A stretch of DNA of 64,000 bases from Chitinophaga pinensis (GCA_943369665.1 CALRNX020000012.1:40501-104500); one strand, 5' to 3'; shown: positions 48,201 through 56,904, counted from the first letter of the stretch. The notes: generated by a model from the letters alone, not told the origin. Made by a program: numbers and translations.

Positions 48201-50594
48201 AGTGGTACCAATGTTTAAATGCAAATTCATCGAACTGTCTACATAATGAACAGGAACAGCCGTAAAACTGTGCACATCACAATTCGATATTGTTTTCCAA
48301 TCTGCAAAAGTTTTTTCAACACTTCCCCATGAACCAACTGTCGATGCAGTTATGGCATTCAATGTATTATAGTCAGAAGCATTTAACCCCCAACCGGTGG
48401 CACTAGGTGTTGTGGCCCCGTAATTATTGTTAATAGCAAAATGTTTTCCCGTTCCTCCGCTTCTGTTATTGGTAAAGATATTATTGAGAACAATCATTGG
48501 AACAGTTGTTGCCGATGTGCCAAAATCAGTTCGAGCTAAAGCAAATGAGGGCTGGGCTCCGGAAGTAACTATACCCTCGATGGTAACCGTGTTATGATAA
48601 ATACTGTCAATAGGGTCGGGTGTGGCACCATGTTGGGCCCATATTCCAATAAATGCAATGTTTCCGGTTTCTCCTGCACCAAGAGAGATCATGTTATTGT
48701 AAATATTAATTGGTGACGAAGCAACTCCGGAACGAATAAAAATTCCACTTGCTGTACCTGGCGTTGTTGCACTTGTAGAAGTGCTGGCATTTCTTATCTT
48801 ATAAATCTGATTACCGTGAACTCTTGGGTTACCATTAGCTACAATTACGATTCCTGCTGCATCTGTGGCCGCTGTACTTGCATTGGTAATGGCAATATCA
48901 TGAATGATATTACCAACAGCCTGCCCGCCCTGTCCGCTTCCAAACAATATTCCCACTGCGCCTAATTGTCCGCTTGTTTCAGCCGTAAGCCCGGTATTGG
49001 TGGTAAGGTTGTATATATTGTTCGTATCGATTTTAATAAGGGTAGATCCCGCAGAAATAGATGTTGCAATACCTCTTACATAGCAGGTAGTACCCGATCC
49101 AATGGAAGTAAGGTTACGAATAGTATTGTGTGAATAAACCGCTATGGTTGATGATGAAGCGGCTGAGATTCCTGCACACAAAGAGCTTCCGGTTGTTAAG
49201 CCTGAAGTACCTGCACGCATATTATCTGCAGTTGCATTTCCAAAAGTATTGTATTGAATAGAAATGGATGCAGCGACAGCAGATACGGTAACACCAAATA
49301 TACCGCCAGCAACGGCAGCGGTGCTACCTGATGAAGTTAAGGCACCAACATAATTGTTATGTATTTGAATGGTACCAGTAGTTGCACTGTTAATACCTAC
49401 AATAGCTCCCTGGGTTGAAGTAGGAGTTGCTGTTATAGCTCCGGTTCCTGTGGTTGCCCCAATGGTATTGCCGTATATGGTTCCAATATTTGCGTTTCCG
49501 GCCTTTACACTGATCCCACATAAAATTCCGTTCCCGGTTGAGGCTCCGCTCGATGTTGCTAAACTAATTGCTGTAATGGTATTGAACTGTACCGAGGTTG
49601 CTACGGCAGTACCAACAGAAAGTTCAATAGCGATAAGTCTTGTGGCTACCGTGCTGGTCATTGTGTATGTTCCCGTTCCGGCTGCCGAATTATATCCAAT
49701 AGTATTGGAATCCACACGATGTCCATTGCCACTTGTAATAGAAATGATTTGATGAGTGTTTGCCGTAGTGTAAGTACGTGTTGCTGTTTGGTAAAATCTA
49801 TTACGTGAAATTGCCCAGTCTGTGTTCCCGGCACCTGCTAGTACTCCATTGGTAATGAGTGTTGCGCTAAAGAAATTACTGATATTATTTTGCGTAATAA
49901 AGTTACCACTATTTTCAATTCCTGCTGTGGCTGTTCCAATACTTGCAATTGCATTTGCAGGAAACGTTGCACCTGCTCCTTCCAAGGTACAACCCATAAT
50001 CAGGTTATTATCATTTCCGGTGGTTGTTCCTGTTGAAAATAAAATTGTGCCCACTGTAACGGCAGTGGATGCTCCTCTCACTGTGGTGTTTTTGAGTTGA
50101 TTGCTGCACGCATCGTTTATGAAACGAATGGTGCTTACACCAGCAGCTCCGGTATTTGTATTTTCAATGATGAGGGCGTTTCCTCCTGAATTTAATCCAT
50201 CAATGATCACATTATCGGCACCATTAAGATCAATGAGCGCGGCAGCAAGACTACCTGAAATGGTACGTGATGCCCCACCAGATGGGCTTATGCTGATGCC
50301 TGTATAACTTGCAGCACCGCTGCCGCTGGCATTTAATACTGCAGATGCACTTTCTGTAGTGTTTCCTGTTATTGCTATTATAATATTTCCGGTATGCGCT
50401 CCGCTGTTTATACTGTCAAAAGCTAGTTTGAGAGTACCATACGAAGCAGCGGGGGTACCGCCTGTTGAGGTAATGTTTACCTGGGCTTTTCCCCATAATG
50501 TAGTGAGTAAAAATAACATCAAAAACCCTGCATGTTTAGTCAGAGATGTTAGTTTGTTCAAGGCAAAAAAAGGAAGTGGTGTAAATCTTTTCAT
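39288..50594 (-). CDS. Giant (3,768 aa) modular parallel beta-helix repeat surface protein with a T9SS C-terminal sorting domain
   Basis: Signal peptide ending GKAQV. Hundreds of PbH1-like turns (N.I.NN.I...GI). Five modules each close with a [FL]A.WK ... D..G..R ... (D)(M/L/I)GA.E segment. The C-terminus YPNPFNDNIHLII...VKILKD matches a type A T9SS CTD. Confidence 0.85.
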   Translation of the reverse strand: MKRFTPLPFFALNKLTSLTKHAGFLMLFLLTTLWGKAQVNITSTGGTPAASYGTLKLAFDSINSGAHTGNIIIAITGNTTESASAVLNASGSGAASYTGISISPSGGASRTISGSLAAALIDLNGADNVIIDGLNSGGNALIIENTNTGAAGVSTIRFINDACSNQLKNTTVRGASTAVTVGTILFSTGTTTGNDNNLIMGCTLEGAGATFPANAIASIGTATAGIENSGNFITQNNISNFFSATLITNGVLAGAGNTDWAISRNRFYQTATRTYTTANTHQIISITSGNGHRVDSNTIGYNSAAGTGTYTMTSTVATRLIAIELSVGTAVATSVQFNTITAISLATSSGASTGNGILCGISVKAGNANIGTIYGNTIGATTGTGAITATPTSTQGAIVGINSATTGTIQIHNNYVGALTSSGSTAAVAGGIFGVTVSAVAASISIQYNTFGNATADNMRAGTSGLTTGSSLCAGISAASSSTIAVYSHNTIRNLTSIGSGTTCYVRGIATSISAGSTLIKIDTNNIYNLTTNTGLTAETSGQLGAVGILFGSGQGGQAVGNIIHDIAITNASTAATDAAGIVIVANGNPRVHGNQIYKIRNASTSTSATTPGTASGIFIRSGVASSPINIYNNMISLGAGETGNIAFIGIWAQHGATPDPIDSIYHNTVTIEGIVTSGAQPSFALARTDFGTSATTVPMIVLNNIFTNNRSGGTGKHFAINNNYGATTPSATGWGLNASDYNTLNAITASTVGSWGSVEKTFADWKTISNCDVHSFTAVPVHYVDSSMNLHLNIGTTPNSMESNALILANVMYDFDGDIRPGPVGSVNGGGSIPDMGADEFDGVGLDFTAPSISYTNLSKTCSTSDRMLTATINDQTGVYLAGALVPRIYYRKSSVGIWVSQPGTLISGTTTNGTWNFPVLSSDMGGISTGDSIFYYVIAQDSGAVNVNIRSLPAGVVASDVNSVTTPPAANAYEIGVELNGSSYTLNSTTANSPTNFQTLASLQTTLNTGCLTGPVTIEITTGTGPYTGALVIPEILGLSSINTFTFNGNNQTIQHTPTAANRHILKLDGADYVTIKNLNIVGLALDFDWGIHLTNGADYDSILNCTVDLSLNTATAADNAACIAASASTTDINLGGNNTNYLTVKNCELIGGFQTVIINGNVSNYSMHNTISNNIIRDFYSIGVELTYNDSTTVENNNIHRANRTTVTTFEGIELGAGNKQSRINANRIHNTHDAASVITGSAYGIFSSANDAPVGFENRITNNIIYNFNSGSGTIYALYNSGSDGAYYYHNTISLDYAAATAGITRGFFQTTAATNIDFRNNIISITRGGTGVKYCLYFATITSAIISNKNDLYMNAPAGTNGIGYFNSGQTTLADWKLVNSSAYDQQSLTKNPNFTDPLINNYTPKAFSLNDYGDSVGVFTDFSGIVRPNNTPDLGAIEYTPPPIDGELLWIAPQQPVAAGNQTITVNIKNNSSSIVITDLEIEYTDGVTPVSEVFSGLSIATLSSQQLSFTAQYNLSGPVNLRAYIKSVNGIADGTQENDTASQSLCAALAAGSYTIDASLPTGSSNFNSFTSAVNALSCGILGPVVFDVVPGNGPYVEQLVIPQVAGSSLINTITFNGHGDTLQFTPNTSARHIIKLDGADYIILRNIYIRGLAADFDWGINLTNEADYDSIVDCVIDLSASTTTTVDNGACIVASASSTDVNLAGNNASNLTVTGCTLIGGYYGAVINGNGLNTQNNNIINSTIRDFYSIGIEYTNMDSCLIERNDITRATRVAVTTFEGIELGTLNKRINVSKNKIHDTHNSATTQSGTAYGIYSSANDAPVGFENIVSNNLIYNFNSLTGTIYGIYSSGSDGVHYYYNTIDLSYPDATAGTTYGIYQLTEASNVIIKNNIVSITRGGSGTKNCLRFGTASSSITSNNNLLYMNASGTVGVGYYNTNAITLADWKLANGGAFDQQSVGTNPLFNSSSLLIPLPTSPAEGAGTPISGITNDIIDTLRDATNPTIGAYEKVVDMVNPTVSFTPLLNTVSTTSPTLIGFASITDVSGIDTSAHKPRLYYKKTTDDNAYVGNTSGDNGWKWVEASNTTSPFNFTIDYNLLLGGAVSGGDSIQYFIVAQDFSENTNVGASSGISFANTPDSVDLLAGAFPISGTIQLYRILPIIAGGTITVGASGNYQKITDALAYLKQNHFTSDVTVELLADYDGTTGESFPLSFDNISRSDSSIKVIIRPEGNVSSMLTTAGIPNADMPLIDLNATHHIYFDGRPGGSGDMTNIKWTIRNKRADGTFTPTIRFINEAQHNILEYLNIQSANAVATSGTILFSTTTGTLGNDSNIIRYNIIRDRSDSIGMPANAIFSNGTDEATNHGIDILDNQIFNWSASGVHVTATGNGNGWNINNNQFYMTAAAATAQTAIRLLSAGNTNQIIGNAIGGTAANAGGSAWTNSGGIAWRGIVCAVGTQDSTFIKNNTIQNIALTGTATGTYAGIEVTGGRVSINGNTIGHLTTSNSITSALLGTHLSITITSTPIATIYNNTIANITSTGTTNAVGHRGISHTGSNTTDAIVIRNNTIHKLSVATVTVSSNTSAVQGIYTSSANTNQQIVDNTISNLSSDGGPSGVSPTRCNGINVGSTTGSGIIARNKVYDFLNTSSNTDALVIGINLFAGANWTIANNMVSLGTLISSNARVVGIMDSTSGTVNVLHNSVSIEGNYAGASPDVKSYGFRKLRTSVTTVKNNIFNNIRTGSVENYAIGSTGGSWQANYNDLYSTNASTVGEWNGTARDFAAWKTASLQDLSSINSSVAFVSSTDLHLTSPTIGNNSFAGRYIGSIPTDIDGEARASVYPYMGADEDINNPLTPTLAPLGGNFTIGATGTYTSLTVVANLLNNSELVSDVLFELQSDYDGTVGEVFPIYFNQIMTNGTPWKVTIRPAASVTARVTAGDAGSAGALIAFDGVDNLMFDGRPDGGTTSEWTIRNTRTTATTGPAISFTNDARYNTLRNLTIESANTVSTSGTILIGSTTKALGNDSNTIISNKIRDLSTAAGIPANAIYSSGNAAASNHYNKIDSNEIFNFTTSAINISATGNGGNWYIGNNNIYYNSATIPTTAQTAILFAAASNYNTITHNTIGGTTINAGGTPWVHNGTTAFIGISASFDSLSVSTVSRNIVRNFTKTNTGGGAVTGIVVTRGNALVNYNLIGDSVNANSITNAGTAAIVGISNTNALVNTLVTIEHNRVANMTNSNIATGAVIRGISFSSGSPYPSCHILHNRISNLSSNSTAAAYTGGSIVAQGIYCFPAGGYGPTSEVGYNTIYEITGTNTTAATNVSGVTASNFPGSIHHNIIYNIKNHSLASGNTIRGTANGLYMRFLDSATAIHNNMISLTNNPSDSVQLNGVMVTGANGNVHFYFYNSIHIGNTSGQPVSSFAFHRGENSLITQSYQPIVMQNNLFINTVSSPGLHYAIGNEGTRPDSSWISSINDYNNFYSVNPANLTLWGTTTGDLASWKTLSLGDANSISKNVNFSNTAAADLHLSGASIGDFDLGGTPVLNYTTDFDGEARNSVRPYMGADENLASPVPVTLTKFIAQRSSKNVIVYWSTASEINAHKFIIQASADGKSFKQIGTVKAKGNSATLTEYQLTHLDAQLDMNNASTIYYRMISVDIDGSSATSQVVKVDFNKALSTKLEQVVVYPNPFNDNIHLIIPSDVTEMATITLIDMQGKVILSHQYSISEGLNNITLDMLENLKKGLFFVKVILNNETRVVKILKD

Positions 50595-50744
50595 AATTCG
50601 ATTTTTATTGATAAAACTATATTACCAAATAGATTCTACAATCGAACGGAAAGGACTTTGAAAAGCGGCTGTAATATACCGAAAGCGTAAAAATGAATAC
50701 TGAATGTGAATGGGTTTAATTGAGATTAAAGACAGGTTGTTCGA

Positions 50745-51491
50745 TTAGCCCTTAAGCCATTTTTTGAATTCACCGGAGCGGTCAATGCTTACGATCATTT
50801 CGTCTTTAGAAGGAGGGACCATTTCAATTTTAACCCGTCCACGTGTTTCGTTCTCCATTTTTGCAATAGCGTCTAGTTGGATAATGTACTGGCGATTGAT
50901 ACGGAAAAATAGTTTGCTGTTAAGCTTTTTCTCCATCTGGTCCAGGGTGGCATCGAATTGATATTGTTTGTTGTCTTTTGTGACAATGATCACGGTTTTA
51001 TTGCTGGTAAAAACATAGGCAATTTGGTTTGCCGTTAGCGTTATCAGTTGTGAGCCGTGGTTTATTAAAAAGCGTTGTTGATAGTTGTTTTCCGGAGGGA
51101 TCAACTCACTGTATTCCGGGTTATTTCTCAGATCGGTTTGTTGCAGGGAATAAAGTTTATGAATAGCCTGGTTTAATTCATCTGCATCAATTGGTTTAAG
51201 CAAATAAGATATGCTGTTTACCGAGAAGGCTTTTATCGCAAAGTTATCATATGCCGTGCAAAAAATAATTGGTGTAACAATATGCAATTGTTCAAATATG
51301 GCAAAGCTTATTCCGTCATTCAAATGTACATCCATTAAGATGAGGTCCACCGGATGGTTTTTTAGCCACTCAACAGTGCTGGTCACAGAATCCGTTCTTC
51401 CTATTACCTTAATATTGGGGTGATAAGTATTGAGCAGGTATATTAGATGATCTGCTGCGAATGTTTCATCTTCAACGATTAAACAGTTCAT
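50745..51491 (-). CDS. LytTR-family two-component response regulator
   Basis: Receiver domain (LIVEDE...DLILMDVHL) plus a LytTR DNA-binding domain (FFRINRQYIIQLDAI). Confidence 0.9.
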   Translation of the reverse strand: MNCLIVEDETFAADHLIYLLNTYHPNIKVIGRTDSVTSTVEWLKNHPVDLILMDVHLNDGISFAIFEQLHIVTPIIFCTAYDNFAIKAFSVNSISYLLKPIDADELNQAIHKLYSLQQTDLRNNPEYSELIPPENNYQQRFLINHGSQLITLTANQIAYVFTSNKTVIIVTKDNKQYQFDATLDQMEKKLNSKLFFRINRQYIIQLDAIAKMENETRGRVKIEMVPPSKDEMIVSIDRSGEFKKWLKG

Positions 51492-53335
51492 GCTAATTTA
51501 GATTGGGTTAGTGTTGGAATAATGGCAATATAGTTTTCTCCTTCAATTTTAAATTGAGGAGCAATGGTTGATACATATTGATAACGTTCAAGGATGCTCT
51601 GTTGGCCTAGTCCGGTACTTGGAGCTGGTGTTTCACGCGGCTGAATATTATTAGTCACTTTAAGGGCATTGCCAGTGTAAGAGATATTTATATACAAGGG
51701 TTTGGCTGCAGATATAAAGTTGTGCTTAATGGCATTTTCAACCAAGAGTTGCAGTGCAAAGGGTGGTATCATATCATCCAGATATTGTGGTGCGATTTGT
51801 ATGGATAATTGAATGGCATCACCAAATCGCATCTTTTTCAGGTATACAAAATTATCCAGCACCTGCAACTCTTCTTGTATACTCACCAGGTTATCATTAC
51901 CGTGTTCCATAATGCTGCGGTATAACTTCGAGAATTTGGAAACAAATTCTAAAGCGGTTTTGGGTTCTTTGATGATCAGAGCCGAAAGGGTGCTTAAGCT
52001 ATTAAATAAAAAGTGAGGGTTTATTTTCGATTTCAGTGTCTCGTAACGCGCTACCACGTTTTCTTTCAGGAGCTCTTTGTTGTATTCGGCCAGTATAATA
52101 TTTTTGGCTTCAATCTCTTTTCGTTGCCACTCAATATGATTGTTTTTAATGTTCAGCAGTTTATTGCTTTTCTGTTTTCTAATGACGCTTCTTATCGATA
52201 TAAAGGCAATAACACTAATCAACAAAAAAGCTACGATCAGTGCATTTCGAATAATTGCTTCGCGTCTTTCTTTTTCCTGGATAATTATTTTTTCCTGGTT
52301 AAGAGCTTTGATCTGTTCTTCTTTTTTTTCAAGGTCGAAGCGTGCCTGCATTTCACTTAACGCTTTGTTTTCTTCGGCATTGTAAATGGAGTCATTAAGT
52401 GAAACATAATGTTTGTTATACTCCAAGGCTAATTTGTAATTCTTAACCAATTCGTAATGTTTGGAAAGGTATCGGTAGATATTGAGTTCAAGTGGGCGTG
52501 TTTTTTCCTGTTGTGCCAATGATAAAGCTCTAAGTAAATTAAACTCCCCTTTTTCCGGTTGATTGAGTTCGGAGAAAATTTTTCCAATGGCGTAGTAAAT
52601 TTGTGCCAGGTGAAATGTGTTTTGGGAGCGCTTTACGATGGGTAATGCTTTGTAATAATAAGATAAAGCTATATCCCACTTTTTTAAGTCAAAGTAGGCC
52701 TCCCCTAAATTCATAAGCGCTATCGTAATATTATTGGTGTCACCAAATTTATTGGCATTGGTAAGTCCCATGGTGTAATACTTGATACACGCATCCAATT
52801 GCTTGCTGTACATTTTCAGGTTTCCCAAATTCACATAACTACTACTTGCTTCTTTTTGCATATTGTTTTGCAATTTCAGCTCGAGGGATTTGAGATAATA
52901 ACTTTCCGATTTTGAATAGTTTTTTAAATGAGAATGGACAGCTCCAATATTGTTATACGCAAATGCAATTCCTTTTATGTATCCCAGTTTTTCAAAAATT
53001 TTGATGGATAAGAAATGATAATAAAGCGCTTTGCGGTAATCACCGAATCCATTGTACAATATTCCCATCAGATCGGCAGAAGTGGCTACACCCATCTGGT
53101 AATGAATGCCGGTAGATAACGCATGTGCTTCCTGAGCATACTGAAGTGCTTTGTTAGCGTCTGTATTTCTGAATTTTTTGGCCAGCTGCAAATTGGTATT
53201 TACCCGGTCAGTATCATGGATCTGCTGAGTCAACACATGCTGCAAACTATCAATGGTATTAACTTGTTTGGTTATACCAGTGAGTGAACAAAAAAGAAAT
53301 AAAAAAATGAATGGTACTCTCAACAATAGGTTCAA
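51488..53335 (-). CDS. TPR-repeat sensor histidine kinase, LytS/YehU type
   Basis: Signal peptide, about 300 aa of TPR-like repeats, a coiled coil, one TM helix, and the H-box NPHFLFNSL. It overlaps the regulator gene by 4 nt. Confidence 0.85.
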   Translation of the reverse strand: MNLLLRVPFIFLFLFCSLTGITKQVNTIDSLQHVLTQQIHDTDRVNTNLQLAKKFRNTDANKALQYAQEAHALSTGIHYQMGVATSADLMGILYNGFGDYRKALYYHFLSIKIFEKLGYIKGIAFAYNNIGAVHSHLKNYSKSESYYLKSLELKLQNNMQKEASSSYVNLGNLKMYSKQLDACIKYYTMGLTNANKFGDTNNITIALMNLGEAYFDLKKWDIALSYYYKALPIVKRSQNTFHLAQIYYAIGKIFSELNQPEKGEFNLLRALSLAQQEKTRPLELNIYRYLSKHYELVKNYKLALEYNKHYVSLNDSIYNAEENKALSEMQARFDLEKKEEQIKALNQEKIIIQEKERREAIIRNALIVAFLLISVIAFISIRSVIRKQKSNKLLNIKNNHIEWQRKEIEAKNIILAEYNKELLKENVVARYETLKSKINPHFLFNSLSTLSALIIKEPKTALEFVSKFSKLYRSIMEHGNDNLVSIQEELQVLDNFVYLKKMRFGDAIQLSIQIAPQYLDDMIPPFALQLLVENAIKHNFISAAKPLYINISYTGNALKVTNNIQPRETPAPSTGLGQQSILERYQYVSTIAPQFKIEGENYIAIIPTLTQSKLA

Positions 53336-53358
53336 TATAGTTATATCAAAGTTAATAA

Positions 53359-54309
53359 CTAATTGTCATCAAAACTATTAGGGGTCGTGTCTTCAAATTT
53401 GTCTAGTAATGGCTCACCCAAAACGGATAACATCTGGTGTATTTCCATTACTTTTTGCGGTTTATGTTGTTTTTCATAAGCCACAACAAGGTTGCGCAGT
53501 ACACGTTTAATGATATCAATATTGCTGCACGCTTCAAAGAACTCCAGACGGGGTTCTATTTGAATTTGTTTTAAAAACTGCTCGAGATTGGCTTTGCTAA
53601 AAACAGATCCATTGTTAAAAGCATTTATGTAAAAAAGAATTTTTCCCTTTTGAGAAGTTGGCCTTAACGTTTGATTGAACGCATCGCTGATATCGATCTG
53701 GGTTGGTTCATCTTTATAACCGAGCACAAAATGTTGTGGTAAATTGATACCGTAAACAGGAATATTGAGGCGTTGGGCAACCAACATATACACTACGGCC
53801 AGCATAATCGGGTTGCCCTGTTTGCTTTCCAAAACACTATTGATAAAAGAGTTTGAAGGGTCGTGGTACTGATCTGTATTGCCTTTAAATCCGTGTACAT
53901 TGTACAATACGTGATTCATGATCCGAATTTTTTCGTATGCACTGTAATCGTATTTCAATTCCAACCAAATATCCAATCTTATCCGGTCAATTTCATTGAT
54001 GATGGATTGTTTGGTTAATTCGGGATAACGGTATTTGGCAATAATATAAAGGCCATCAAGCAGATCCTGGTGTTCACTTTTGCTCCATTCCCGCAGCGAT
54101 TCCAATTCGGACTCGAACTGGATTTTATGGATAATATTTTCTACTTTTTGCTGGTGCTCGGGATTGTTGAGGCTATCCCATTCGTTTTCCAGAATAGTAA
54201 CTACATCCACTCCCAATGAAAGGAGTTTGTTTTCTACATGCTCTACAATTTCTGCATCATCATCGTCCAGTAGAGCAATTAAGGATACAACTTCTTTGTC
54301 GCTTAGCAT
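53359..54309 (-). CDS. SirB1-like / transglutaminase-like family protein
   Basis: 316 aa. General resemblance to the SirB1 N-terminal and transglutaminase-like fold family, with no catalytic motif verified. Confidence 0.45.
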   Translation of the reverse strand: MLSDKEVVSLIALLDDDDAEIVEHVENKLLSLGVDVVTILENEWDSLNNPEHQQKVENIIHKIQFESELESLREWSKSEHQDLLDGLYIIAKYRYPELTKQSIINEIDRIRLDIWLELKYDYSAYEKIRIMNHVLYNVHGFKGNTDQYHDPSNSFINSVLESKQGNPIMLAVVYMLVAQRLNIPVYGINLPQHFVLGYKDEPTQIDISDAFNQTLRPTSQKGKILFYINAFNNGSVFSKANLEQFLKQIQIEPRLEFFEACSNIDIIKRVLRNLVVAYEKQHKPQKVMEIHQMLSVLGEPLLDKFEDTTPNSFDDN

Positions 54310-54324
54310 ATAGCAAAGGTATCG

Positions 54325-56904
54325 TTATTTTTTGATAGCTTTTTTAGCGGCTGGCTTTTTTGTTGCAACTTTTTTAGCGGCAGTTTTTTTAGCTGCGGCC
54401 TTTTTAGGCGCTGCTTTCTTAAATGCATTTGGCTCTTCTATCTCGATCATCTTTTTTACCTCATCAATGGAAATAGAAGCAAGTTCTTCGTTGGTGTATT
54501 TTTCTCCGTCTTTTTTCTTGGCCAGCTTGATCATTTTTTTACCAAACCTGATAAAGGCGCCCCATCTTCCGTTTTCCAACGCTATTTTTTCTTCAGGCCA
54601 TTGTTGAATGAAACGATTGGCCTCTTTGTCCATTTTTTTCTCGATAAGCTCATTCATTTGCGGTTGAGTGAGGGTATCAAAATCATATGCACGTGGTATA
54701 TTGATAAAAAGATTATTCCATTTGATAAAGGGTCCAAAACGGCCTTTACCTTTTGTAATCGGCAGGTTTTGATAGCTTCCAACGGGAGCTTCGGCAGTTT
54801 GTTTGGCGCTAATAACTTCAATGGCTTTATCCAGGCTTACTTCCATCAATTCCTCACCCTTTGGTAAGGAAATAAATTCCTCTCCCCATTTTACATACGG
54901 TCCGAAACGGCCAACATTGATCGATACTTCTTTGTTTTGGTACTCACCTAGTGTACGAGGGAGTTTAAACAATTCTAATGCTTCTTCCAGTGTAATCGAT
55001 TCAATACGCTGGCTCTGCAATAATTTTCCATACTGAGGTTTTGGCGCTTCGTCATCGGCAGGGTTTTCTCCAAGCTGAACAAATGGTCCGAAACGGCCAA
55101 CCTTTGCATATACATTTTTACCGGTTACCGGATCCACCCCAAGTGTACGTTCGCCACTCTGACGTTCGGCAGTTTCAGTTGTTTTTAAAACTTCTTTGTG
55201 AAAAGGGGTATAAAATGTTTCGATCATTTTATTCCATTTCAATAAGCCTTTTGCAATTTCATCAAACTCTTTTTCTACCGATGCGGTAAAATTATAATTC
55301 ATGATATTTTCGAAATGTTTGCTCAAAAAATCGGTAACGATCATTCCAATATCGCTGGGGAACAATTTTGATTTTTCACTCGCAAATTTCTCTGATTTAA
55401 CTTCACGCTTAATATCATTCTTAAGCAAGGTAAGTGAGGTGAAATGACGTTCTTTTCCCTCCCTGTCTTCTTTCAACACATAACCACGTTTTTGTATGGT
55501 ACTGATGGTTGGCGCGTAAGTAGACGGGCGACCAATACCTAACTCCTCCAGTTTTTTTACCAGGCTTGCCTCTGTATATCGTGGTGCCGGGCGGGTAAAT
55601 TTTTCGATCGCATCTATCTGGATCAGGTTCAGGTTTTCGCCCACTTTTAATGGAGGTAACATTTTGCTGTTATCATCATCTCCTTCATCATCGGTGCTTT
55701 CCATGTATACCTTTAAGAAACCATCAAATTTTAATACTTCACCGGTTGCGATCAAATTAACCCCGTTGGTCGAAATGCCAACAGTAGCAACAGTACGTTC
55801 TATTTGAGCTTTGCTCATTTGTGAAGCAATCGCACGCTTCCAGATAAGGTCGTATAATCTTTTTTCCTGCGGAGTTCCGTCTACATTTTGGTTTTCAAAA
55901 TAGGTTGGACGAATGGCCTCATGCGCTTCCTGGGCACTGTCATTTTTAGTAGTATACCTGCGGGGATTCGAATATTGCTTTCCGTAATTATTGGTAATGG
56001 CTTGCTGTGCATTGGCAATTGCTATTTCCGATAAGTTTACCGAGTCGGTACGCATATAGGTTATCAGTCCATGCTCGTACAATTTTTGCGCAATGCTCAT
56101 GGTTGTCGAAACAGAATAACCTAGTTTTCTGCTTGCTTCCTGTTGCAATGTAGAGGTCGTAAAAGGTGCTGCAGGAGATTTTTCGGCAGGTTTCGTTTCT
56201 AAATTTAGTATTGTATAGTTTGCATTTTTGCAGCTTTCCAAAAATGCCTGGGCTTCTTTTTCGGTATCAAAACGTTTACCAAGTTCGGCTTCCATTTGTT
56301 TGCCGCCAACATTAAATAGCGCAGTAACTTTAAATGCCGAGGTATACGCAAAGCTGTTTATCTCCCGTTCGCGTTCCACAATTAAACGAACAGCAACCGA
56401 TTGAACACGTCCGGCCGAAAGATTACCCTTTACTTTTTTCCAAAGCACAGGTGAAAGTTCAAACCCTACTAATCTGTCGAGCACCCGTCTGGCTTGTTGA
56501 GCATCCACTAAATGCTTGTCTATTTTGCGTGGATTTTCAATTGCCTTTAAGATGGCAGGCTTTGTGATTTCATGAAAAACAATGCGTTTTGTTTTTGCTT
56601 CGTCTAACTTTAATACTTCAGATAAATGCCAGGAAATAGCTTCTCCCTCACGGTCCTCATCGGAAGCTAACCAGATCATATCGGCATCTTTGGATAATTT
56701 TTTGAGTTCAGCAACCACGGCTTTTTTATCAGCCGATACTTCGTATATGGGATTAAAATTATTGTTTACCTGGATCGCCTCATCGCCTTTTGCCAAATCC
56801 CGGATATGGCCATAACACGAGCGCACGGTATAGTCCTTACCTAAAAATTTTTCGATGGTTTTTGCCTTTGCAGGCGACTCTACTATTACTAAATTTTTCG
56901 TCAT
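54325..56904 (-). CDS. topA: DNA topoisomerase I
   Basis: TOPRIM N-terminus LVIVESPAKAKTI, active-site region YMRTDS, and a Lys/Ala-rich C-terminal tail. 859 aa. Confidence 0.95.
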   Translation of the reverse strand: MTKNLVIVESPAKAKTIEKFLGKDYTVRSCYGHIRDLAKGDEAIQVNNNFNPIYEVSADKKAVVAELKKLSKDADMIWLASDEDREGEAISWHLSEVLKLDEAKTKRIVFHEITKPAILKAIENPRKIDKHLVDAQQARRVLDRLVGFELSPVLWKKVKGNLSAGRVQSVAVRLIVEREREINSFAYTSAFKVTALFNVGGKQMEAELGKRFDTEKEAQAFLESCKNANYTILNLETKPAEKSPAAPFTTSTLQQEASRKLGYSVSTTMSIAQKLYEHGLITYMRTDSVNLSEIAIANAQQAITNNYGKQYSNPRRYTTKNDSAQEAHEAIRPTYFENQNVDGTPQEKRLYDLIWKRAIASQMSKAQIERTVATVGISTNGVNLIATGEVLKFDGFLKVYMESTDDEGDDDNSKMLPPLKVGENLNLIQIDAIEKFTRPAPRYTEASLVKKLEELGIGRPSTYAPTISTIQKRGYVLKEDREGKERHFTSLTLLKNDIKREVKSEKFASEKSKLFPSDIGMIVTDFLSKHFENIMNYNFTASVEKEFDEIAKGLLKWNKMIETFYTPFHKEVLKTTETAERQSGERTLGVDPVTGKNVYAKVGRFGPFVQLGENPADDEAPKPQYGKLLQSQRIESITLEEALELFKLPRTLGEYQNKEVSINVGRFGPYVKWGEEFISLPKGEELMEVSLDKAIEVISAKQTAEAPVGSYQNLPITKGKGRFGPFIKWNNLFINIPRAYDFDTLTQPQMNELIEKKMDKEANRFIQQWPEEKIALENGRWGAFIRFGKKMIKLAKKKDGEKYTNEELASISIDEVKKMIEIEEPNAFKKAAPKKAAAKKTAAKKVATKKPAAKKAIKK

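Noticed and set aside
39288-50594. Many 60-127 aa ORFs on the + strand inside the giant gene (for example 49369..49752, 41500..41850, 47437..47784).
   Set aside because: They are antisense shadows of a long Gly/Thr/Ala/Asn-rich repeat gene. Their translations are low-complexity Pro/Val-rich strings and they are fully nested in a 3,768-codon open frame.
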